From positions 1-40,582 of IMG/VR virus record IMGVR_UViG_2778261692_000003: a DNA stretch of 40,582 nt, one strand, 5' to 3'. Source of the DNA: a virus (Duplodnaviria > Heunggongvirae > Uroviricota > Caudoviricetes). The position numbers were made by a program, and so were the translations under genes. Shown piece by piece: positions 34,965-40,582 of the stretch (its first letter is position 1; each line of letters starts with the position of its first letter). The notes beneath the pieces are model-generated. The model did not search any database, was not told the DNA's origin, and saw nothing but the letters and a program-made list of their open reading frames with translations.

Positions 34965-35347
34965 TGGCACATTCGATTACTGTAAGACTAAACAAGCCCG
35001 CAAGAGAGTTTCAGGCCGGGGAAAATATCGGATTCAACATCCGTGCTGGCGTTCAGTATTACGATCGCCAGACAAAAAAGAAAGAATGGACAAACTACAG
35101 CGCCGTTGTATTTGCCAAGCCGGGAGCGCAAGCGGATTACTACCGTAGTGTTCTTGTTGAAGGTGGCATTGTGGAAATTACCGGAGAAAACATCAGGGTT
35201 GATGTTTATCAGGGGCAAAATGGTCAATCAATCACTCTTGAATTACTGAATGCAAAGATTGGATTTGCAGCTTCAGGAAATGGCCCGCAGCAGCAAAGTA
35301 GTAATCATCAAAATCATCCTGAATACGACGATTCAATTCCCTTCTAA
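34964..35347 (+). CDS. SSB-like single-stranded DNA-binding protein
   Basis: 127 aa. The ATG overlaps the erf stop (TAATG). It has an OB-fold-sized body, a Gln-rich linker, and an acidic tip DDSIPF resembling the bacterial SSB DDDIPF tail. Confidence 0.7.
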   Translation: MAHSITVRLNKPAREFQAGENIGFNIRAGVQYYDRQTKKKEWTNYSAVVFAKPGAQADYYRSVLVEGGIVEITGENIRVDVYQGQNGQSITLELLNAKIGFAASGNGPQQQSSNHQNHPEYDDSIPF

Positions 35348-35370
35348 ATTAGCAAAATAAGGATTCCATT

Positions 35371-35667
35371 ATGCCAGCGCCTCTGTATGGTGCGGATGAC
35401 CCGCGCCGCTGTTCCGGCAATTCCGTATCGGAGGTGCTGGATAAATTCAGAAAAAACTACGACATGATAATGTCGCTACCGCAGGAAACGAAAGAGGAAA
35501 AGGAATTTCGCCATTGTATATGGCTTGCAGAGAAAGAAGAACGAGAGCGAATTTACCAGACATCAATCCGACCATTCCGCAAAGCCACATATACCCACTT
35601 CCCTGAATATATCGACCCGCGTCTGCGTAATTACCGCTCACGCTATGGCGCTATCAGTAATGACTGA
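35371..35667 (+). CDS. Abc2-like (anti-RecBCD) protein, tentative
   Basis: 98 aa with AAGGA upstream. Its size and its position downstream of erf match P22 abc2. The assignment rests on synteny and memory only. Confidence 0.5.
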   Translation: MPAPLYGADDPRRCSGNSVSEVLDKFRKNYDMIMSLPQETKEEKEFRHCIWLAEKEERERIYQTSIRPFRKATYTHFPEYIDPRLRNYRSRYGAISND

Positions 35668-35677
35668 GGAATTAACA

Positions 35678-35968
35678 ATGAAAACAATGAAGCTAAACAT
35701 CGACCTCGGAAAATACGTTATTACCGGAACCAAACACGACCTGATTCTTAATGAAAGAGGAATTATCAAAGAAGGTGAGAATGCAGGAAAAGAAACACTA
35801 AGCCGTATCGGTTATTACAGCAAGTTTGAGCATCTGGTTAAAGAGTTATGCAACCGTGAAATCCTGTTATCTCAGGCGCAGACGCTACAGGATATTCAGC
35901 AACATATCGAGACTTTAGGTGTGTCACTTAGCATGGCTATTGACCAGGTCGTGGAGAGTAAATCATGA
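35678..35968 (+). CDS. Hypothetical protein (96 aa)
   Basis: ATG at 35678 after GAGGAATTAACA. The ORF-track upstream extension overlaps the previous gene. Confidence 0.6.
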   Translation: MKTMKLNIDLGKYVITGTKHDLILNERGIIKEGENAGKETLSRIGYYSKFEHLVKELCNREILLSQAQTLQDIQQHIETLGVSLSMAIDQVVESKS

Positions 35969-36132
35969 GAGGACTTGCATACAATCCCGGCATTCTTCCG
36001 GCAGAAATGATTATTCGCCAACGCGTAAAGCCAATGCCATCGAGAGAGGAATTGCTTAAGAGAAATTCTTTTCCGTCAGTGAATCAAAACAAATATCTGA
36101 ATGCGATGTGGCGCAAAGGAGGCAACCAGTGA
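35965..36132 (+). CDS. Small hypothetical protein (55 aa)
   Basis: Below the ORF-track cutoff. It has an ATGA overlap with the previous stop, and its own stop overlaps the next GTG start (GTGA). Translation: [55 protein letters not shown]. Confidence 0.45.
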   Translation: MRGLAYNPGILPAEMIIRQRVKPMPSREELLKRNSFPSVNQNKYLNAMWRKGGNQ

Positions 36133-36383
36133 GTAATTCAGCACGACTACAGCTTGGTTTTTCACCGCTATCAAAAACTATCATGCTGGCAAAAATGCGC
36201 GATGTTGAAGGTGGACGTATGCGCGTTGGCAATGATCCAGGTCGTGATGTTACCAATGAGGCTGCTCAATTGGTGTGGCAACTGGTCATGGCTGAAGGTG
36301 GTGAGATAGTGTGGGAGCTGGATGATGGTTCTCGCATGGTGTTGAAGGCAGAAAAGCAGGAGGCAACCAGTGAGCAAGATTGA
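36129..36383 (+). CDS. Hypothetical protein (84 aa), GTG start
   Basis: GTG at 36129 preceded by AAAGGAGG plus 6 nt. The same 17-nt junction recurs at the next gene. Confidence 0.6.
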   Translation: MSNSARLQLGFSPLSKTIMLAKMRDVEGGRMRVGNDPGRDVTNEAAQLVWQLVMAEGGEIVWELDDGSRMVLKAEKQEATSEQD

Positions 36384-37041
36384 CTATCAGGCACTGCGTG
36401 AGTTAGCAAAACAGGCAACACAGGGTGAATGGGTCGCATTTATTTCGCCGGGCAAATACGGCACGTACGCCGTACACACACCAGGTGATAATCATCACGG
36501 AGATATTGTCGACTGGCCAGGATTCGACGAACAGAAAAACGCAGAGAACAACGCTCGTTATATCGCAGCTTTCAACCCTGAAGTAGTGCAGGCGCTGCTG
36601 GATGAACGGGAAAGAAACCAGCAATACATAAAACGCCGCGACCAGGAGAACGAGGATATTGCGCTTACGGTAGGGAAGCTGCTAATCGAAAACGGCCGGC
36701 TTGTTGCAGATACGCTACGCCACTTAGCTGATAACGAAATCGACTCTGATTATTTTGCTATCACCTCAACGAATGAGAACGGTACTGAAATTGATCATGA
36801 GATGGCTATTACCGATTACGCACTGCAAGCTGCCGGAACTGTAGACGAATTGGTTGCGGCGCTGGAATCCGCAGAGAAGCGCATAGCAGAACTGGAAACG
36901 CGGGAAATACTGCTACCGGAACGTAGCAGTATGCTTCATCGAACAGATTTTCACGATGATTACCAAACGGTAATGGCATACAAAGTTTCTGAAGTCATCG
37001 CTGCAATCCGCGCCGCTGGCATTCGCATCAAAGGAGAGTGA
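36370..37041 (+). CDS. Ead/Ea22-like protein
   Basis: 223 aa, GTG start after AGGAGG plus 6 nt. The N-terminus [18 protein letters not shown] and the coiled-coil ALESAEKRIAELE are typical of the Ead/Ea22 family. Confidence 0.7.
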   Translation: MSKIDYQALRELAKQATQGEWVAFISPGKYGTYAVHTPGDNHHGDIVDWPGFDEQKNAENNARYIAAFNPEVVQALLDERERNQQYIKRRDQENEDIALTVGKLLIENGRLVADTLRHLADNEIDSDYFAITSTNENGTEIDHEMAITDYALQAAGTVDELVAALESAEKRIAELETREILLPERSSMLHRTDFHDDYQTVMAYKVSEVIAAIRAAGIRIKGE

Positions 37042-37042
37042 T

Positions 37043-37252
37043 ATGGCTATCGCTGCAAGTTACACCATGCATCTCTATTGTGATTTCCTCCAGTGTACAG
37101 ATGGCAAATATAAGTCGCCAGACTTCGGTGAGTATATAGGTACGTCATGGGCTGGCTGTGCAAAAGAGGAGCGCAAGGATGGCTGGCGAATAAGCAAAGA
37201 CAAAACGCGTGCTTTTGCGCCCGGGCATAAAGTTTTGAGGATTAACAAATGA
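37043..37252 (+). CDS. Small Cys-containing hypothetical protein (69 aa)
   Basis: AGGAGAGTGAT precedes the ATG. Tightly packed between neighbouring genes. Confidence 0.55.
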   Translation: MAIAASYTMHLYCDFLQCTDGKYKSPDFGEYIGTSWAGCAKEERKDGWRISKDKTRAFAPGHKVLRINK

Positions 37253-38025
37253 CCACTATAACCAAAGAGCGACTGCTGACAATCAAGCAGTGGCGCGAAA
37301 CATACGGACCGGGTAGCAACGTTGTACTGCCAGCAGAAGAAGCGGAAGAACTGGCGCGGATTGCACTGACATCGCTGGAAGCAGAGCCGGTGGCTTATAT
37401 TTTCAAACATCCGGCCGGGAAATTATTCTGGGCTTTAACGGATGAAAGCAATAAAGAGCAAGCGGACGTTATTCCTGTTTATGCTGCCGCGCCTGCGTCG
37501 GTTGTGCCGGATAATGCATCAGAGCCTCTTGCTTATGCTTACAAAGAGCTTACGCCTGAGATTATGCGCAACCATTTAGCTGTATTCGAGCGATATGGAA
37601 TAGCCCCAAACGATAGCTCTACCACAATTCAGGCACTGCGAATCGCGCTGGATGGTATAGAGCGGAGCGACGCCATGCTTCATGGTGCCGAACCTGTAAG
37701 CCAAACTTACAAGTTGAACGAGCTGTCGGGCAACTCTCCGGTAACTCCGGATGGTTGGATAAGCTGTAGTGAGCGAATGCCTGTAATTGGCGAGCTAAAT
37801 TGGAGAACTAGTTTTCCTTTACTGGTTACGTGTGAGATCGGCGTTATACCTGCTTATTACGGCTTTGTAAGCATTAATGGTGAAAGACATTATGGCTTTA
37901 TGGAGAGTCTTAAATATGGAGATGATAGCGGCAACCATCCTCAAACTAATGAATATGACCTGATTAGCAATGTCACACACTGGATGCCTCTACCAGAACC
38001 GCCTCAGGAGGTTAACCGTGGCTAA
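37249..38025 (+). CDS. DUF551-type early protein
   Basis: 258 aa. The C-terminal WISCSERMP...THWMPLPEPP is the DUF551 signature. Confidence 0.7.
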   Translation: MTTITKERLLTIKQWRETYGPGSNVVLPAEEAEELARIALTSLEAEPVAYIFKHPAGKLFWALTDESNKEQADVIPVYAAAPASVVPDNASEPLAYAYKELTPEIMRNHLAVFERYGIAPNDSSTTIQALRIALDGIERSDAMLHGAEPVSQTYKLNELSGNSPVTPDGWISCSERMPVIGELNWRTSFPLLVTCEIGVIPAYYGFVSINGERHYGFMESLKYGDDSGNHPQTNEYDLISNVTHWMPLPEPPQEVNRG

Positions 38026-38055
38026 CCTGCAACTTGCCGTAAAAGGTGAATAACA

Positions 38056-38084
38056 ATCCTCGCACTCTCGGGGATTTCTTTTAT
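38056..38084 (+). terminator. Intrinsic terminator (first of a tandem pair)
   Basis: ATCCTCG-CACTCT-CGGGGAT followed by TTCTTTT. Confidence 0.65.
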
Positions 38085-38087
38085 ATG

Positions 38088-38112
38088 AACTCGCTACGGC
38101 GAGTTTTGTTTT
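38088..38112 (+). terminator. Intrinsic terminator (second of a tandem pair)
   Basis: AACTCGC-TACG-GCGAGTT followed by TTGTTTT. Confidence 0.7.
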
Positions 38113-38125
38113 ATGGAGACAAGAA

Positions 38126-38470
38126 ATGTCAGATTTGGCTATGAAGGTTTTGAAATGGCAATCAACTGGCGATGTCGGCATCAGTAGCGCAACTCTTGCC
38201 TCAATCGCATGTGGCCTGAAAAAGAATATCTATGGTCATGGCTTCGGTGCTCCACATGACGCAGCCGATTTCAGACGATGCGTTGCACTTGTTGAGCAGA
38301 TTCCAGAAATCAGAGATTCATTCGACAAGGTTGCAAAGCGCGTTCCGGCATTCAAAGGAATCCTCAACGAATGGGATTCCCTCGTTGCTCTGTTGAAGTC
38401 TGAAATGAAGATACACGGAAACAAAGCACCAAAAACTTACAGAAGAATCAGCGAGCTACGCAAGGACTAA
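38126..38470 (+). CDS. Hypothetical protein (114 aa) insulated by terminators on both sides
   Basis: GGAGA lies upstream of the ATG. Two terminators precede it and two hairpins follow it. No recognisable motif. Confidence 0.65.
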   Translation: MSDLAMKVLKWQSTGDVGISSATLASIACGLKKNIYGHGFGAPHDAADFRRCVALVEQIPEIRDSFDKVAKRVPAFKGILNEWDSLVALLKSEMKIHGNKAPKTYRRISELRKD

Positions 38471-38538
38471 CCATGAAATAACACAGCCTCACACTCGATG
38501 AGGCCTGTTCATTTCTCAAGATATCCAGACCTATCATC

Positions 38539-38562
38539 GCCGCATCAATGCGGCTTTTTATT
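38539..38562 (+). terminator. Intrinsic terminator upstream of torI
   Basis: GCCGCA-TCAA-TGCGGC followed by TTTTTATT. A weaker hairpin lies at 38486-38504. Confidence 0.8.
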
Positions 38563-38569
38563 GCCTGAT

Positions 38570-38585
38570 TTGCAGGTTCGATTCC
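38570..38585 (+). repeat. 16-bp fragment identical to the argW tRNA T-stem/T-loop
   Basis: TTGCAGGTTCGATTCC equals the argW segment immediately 5' of the attR core sequence, from my recollection of argW. No acceptor or anticodon arm is adjacent, so it is not a tRNA gene. Confidence 0.6.
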
Positions 38586-38604
38586 CTATTCGGAGATAGC
38601 ACTC

Positions 38605-38805
38605 ATGCAACACGAACTACAACCTGATTCACTGGTTGATTTGAAATTCATCATGGCTGATACTGGCTTCGGTAAGACCTTCATCTATGACCGGATTAAG
38701 TCCGGAGACCTGCCTAAAGCCAAAGTTATCCACGGACGAGCAAGATGGTTATATCGTGACCATTGTGAATTCAAAAATAAGCTCTTAAGCCGCGCTAATG
38801 GGTAA
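38605..38805 (+). CDS. torI: Excisionase / recombination directionality factor TorI (AlpA/Xis family)
   Basis: 66 aa: MQHELQPDSLVDLKFIMADTGFGKTFIYDRIKSGDLPKAKVIHGRARWLYRDHCEFKNKLLSRANG. This matches my recollection of E. coli TorI. GGAG lies 9 nt upstream. Confidence 0.93.
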   Translation: MQHELQPDSLVDLKFIMADTGFGKTFIYDRIKSGDLPKAKVIHGRARWLYRDHCEFKNKLLSRANG

Positions 38806-38876
38806 AATAGCGGGTAAAATATTTCTCACATCTAAAAAATATCATTCCAATCAATCCCCTGCCGCGCCAAGTAGAT

Positions 38877-38891
38877 GTCTGCAGGGGACAC
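38877..38891 (+). other. attR core (copy of the argW 3' end)
   Basis: CTGCAGGGGACACCA is the 3' T-stem strand plus acceptor strand plus CCA of argW. It lies 71 bp after torI. A tandem GGGTAAAATA x2 at 38800-38821 lies in the arm and may be a protein-binding site. Confidence 0.8.
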
Positions 38892-39281
38892 CAGATACCC
38901 TTCAAACGAAATCTACCTTCACCCCGTAAAAGATGGGTTTGGCAGCACACTTGCCTTATATCTACTCATTTTTACTGCAACAGGTTGAAATCTCAGCACT
39001 GTCAGAAAGCGCTGATGACTAAACAGCCCTGAGCCGGGCGATGTAACCATCACACAGAATCCTGATAGCGAAATATGGCGTGACTCGATACTTCACTCCG
39101 CAATGCATTCCTTGATGAATTCGCAGGACCGTGATACACGGGACAGGTCACTGAATGACGACAATGTCCTGGAAATCAGCGAACCGCGCATCTGAAGTAC
39201 ATTTGAGCGACTGTACCAGAACATGAATGAGGCGTTTGGATTAGGCGATTATTAGCAGGGCTAAGCATTTTACTATTATTA

Positions 39282-39325
39282 TTTTCCGGTTGAGGGATAT
39301 AGAGCTATCGACAACAACCGGAAAA
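39282..39325. other. Long hairpin downstream of cscB
   Basis: TTTTCCGGTTG ... CAACCGGAAAA forms an 11-bp stem with a 22-nt loop. There is no clean U-run on either strand, so terminator function is uncertain. Confidence 0.35.
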
Positions 39326-39334
39326 AGTTTACGT

Positions 39335-40582
39335 CTATATTGCTGAAGGTACAGGCGTTTCCATAACTATTTGCTCGCGTTTTTTACTCAAGAAGAAAAT
39401 GCCAAATAGCAACATCAGGCAGACAATACCCGAAATTGCGAAGAAAACTGTCTGGTAGCCTGCGTGGTCAAAGAGTATCCCAGTCGGCGTTGAAAGCAGC
39501 ACAATCCCAAGCGAACTGGCAATTTGAAAACCAATCAGAAAGATCGTCGACGACAGGCGCTTATCAAAGTTTGCCACGCTGTATTTGAAGACGGATATGA
39601 CACAAAGTGGAACCTCAATGGCATGTAACAACTTCACTAATGAAATAATCCAGGGGTTAACGAACAGCGCGCAGGAAAGGATACGCAACGCCATAATCAC
39701 AACTCCGATAAGTAATGCATTTTTTGGCCCTACCCGATTCACAAAGAAAGGAATAATCGCCATGCACAGCGCTTCGAGTACCACCTGGAATGAGTTGAGA
39801 TAACCATACAGGCGCGTTCCTACATCGTGTGATTCGAATAAACCTGCATAAAAGACAGGAAAAAGTTGTTGATCAAAAATGTTATAGAAAGACCACGTCC
39901 CCACAATAAATATGACGAAAACCCAGAAGTTTCGATCCTTGAAAACTGCGATAAAATCCTCTTTTTTTACCCCTCCCGCATCTGCCGCTACGCACTGGTG
40001 ATCCTTATCTTTAAAACGCATGTTGATCATCATAAATACAGCGCCAAATAGCGAGACCAACCAGAAGTTGATATGGGGACTGATACTAAAAAATATGCCG
40101 GCAAAGAACGCGCCAATAGCATAGCCAAAAGATCCCCAGGCGCGCGCTGTTCCATATTCGAAATGAAAATTTCGCGCCATTTTTTCGGTGAAGCTATCAA
40201 GCAAACCGCATCCCGCCAGATACCCCAAGCCAAAAAATAGCGCCCCCAGAATTAGACCTACAGAAAAATTGCTTTGCAGTAACGGTTCATAAACGTAAAT
40301 CATAAACGGTCCGGTCAAGACCAGGATGAAACTCATACACCAGATGAGCGGTTTCTTCAGACCGAGTTTATCCTGAACGATGCCGTAGAACATCATAAAT
40401 AGAATGCTGGTAAACTGGTTGACCGAATAAAGTGTACCTAATTCCGTCCCTGTCAACCCTAGATGTCCTTTCAGCCAAATAGCGTATAACGACCACCACA
40501 GCGACCAGGAAATAAAAAAGAGAAATGAGTAACTGGATGCAAAACGATAGTACGCATTTCTGAATGGAATATTCAGTGCCAT
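39335..40582 (-). CDS. cscB: Sucrose:H+ symporter CscB (oligosaccharide/H+ symporter, LacY family)
   Basis: 415-aa 12-TM MFS protein. MALNIPFRNAYYRFASSYSFLFFISWSLWWSLYAIWLKGHLGL matches E. coli CscB as I remember it. The start codon lies at the window edge. The csc locus is known to sit next to argW. Confidence 0.93.
   Translation of the reverse strand: MALNIPFRNAYYRFASSYSFLFFISWSLWWSLYAIWLKGHLGLTGTELGTLYSVNQFTSILFMMFYGIVQDKLGLKKPLIWCMSFILVLTGPFMIYVYEPLLQSNFSVGLILGALFFGLGYLAGCGLLDSFTEKMARNFHFEYGTARAWGSFGYAIGAFFAGIFFSISPHINFWLVSLFGAVFMMINMRFKDKDHQCVAADAGGVKKEDFIAVFKDRNFWVFVIFIVGTWSFYNIFDQQLFPVFYAGLFESHDVGTRLYGYLNSFQVVLEALCMAIIPFFVNRVGPKNALLIGVVIMALRILSCALFVNPWIISLVKLLHAIEVPLCVISVFKYSVANFDKRLSSTIFLIGFQIASSLGIVLLSTPTGILFDHAGYQTVFFAISGIVCLMLLFGIFFLSKKREQIVMETPVPSAI

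Larger units (their letters stand above)
1..38891. mobile_element. Integrated P22/Sf6-like x lambda-like hybrid prophage (int end to attR core); attL/argW lies upstream of the window
   Basis: Contiguous set of phage modules from integrase (1) to excisionase (38605-38805). This is followed by a 15-bp copy of the argW 3' end (38877-38891) and then chromosomal cscB. Confidence 0.9.

Noticed and set aside
38568-38600. Possible tRNA gene suggested by the GGTTCGATTCC T-loop motif
   Set aside because: Only the T-stem 5' strand and T-loop are present. There is no matching 3' T-stem strand, acceptor stem, D-arm or anticodon arm. It is treated as an argW fragment, not a gene.
38892-39281. About 390 bp between the attR core and the cscB-distal hairpin, checked for a gene or pseudogene
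   Set aside because: No ORF of 60 aa or more exists. The six-frame translations show frequent stops and nothing I could recognise. It is left unannotated.
39282-39325. 11-bp-stem hairpin after cscB, considered as a rho-independent terminator
   Set aside because: No U-run follows the stem on either strand. It is kept only as a structural feature with low confidence.

Overview
The window holds a near-complete ~38.9 kb prophage of the IntS/TorI (KplE1/CPS-53, Sf6-type) integration class, followed by chromosomal cscB. It runs from the integrase start codon at position 1 to a 15-bp attR core at 38877-38891 that matches my recollection of the argW tRNA 3' end. attL/argW would lie upstream of the window.

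The phage is a mosaic:
- Integration and serotype module: int, then a low-GC acyltransferase-3 (O-antigen acetylase-like) gene, then a tailspike with the conserved P22 head-binding N-terminus.
- Virion module, minus strand, P22/Sf6-like: terminase small and large subunits, portal, scaffold, coat, gp4, gp10, tail needle with knob, gp14, and three ejection proteins.
- Late control and nin region, almost lambda-identical: Q, pR', 6S leader, tR', S, R, Rz/Rz1, and ninB/E/F/G/H plus the phosphatase.
- Early regulation: lambda cII with oop, PRE and PaQ; a non-lambda immunity region (cro, cI, operators ATAAC-N4-GTTAT); a P22 gp24-like N with identical nutL and nutR.
- Replication: an O-like initiator with internal iterons plus a DnaB-type helicase.
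- Early-left operon: P22-like (erf, SSB-like, abc2-like, Ead/Ea22, DUF551), ending in torI/xis.

Best leads for undescribed biology:
1. A sequence fitting the complete hammerhead ribozyme consensus sits on the late-transcript strand between tR' and holin S. It lies inside a duplicated long clamp hairpin, next to a GC-rich, pseudoknot-capable RNA domain.
2. A 98-aa single-pass membrane protein is coupled to the 3' end of cI, in the rexAB/BstA position.
3. A low-GC, terminator-punctuated three-gene island with no assignable function lies between N and cIII.
4. A 16-bp argW T-arm fragment lies just upstream of torI, so the two halves of the argW 3' end flank the excisionase gene.
5. An HNH homing-endonuclease gene is fused in frame to the ancestral last 9 codons of ninB.

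All homology statements come from reading the translations and from memory of reference phage sequences. No database search was run.
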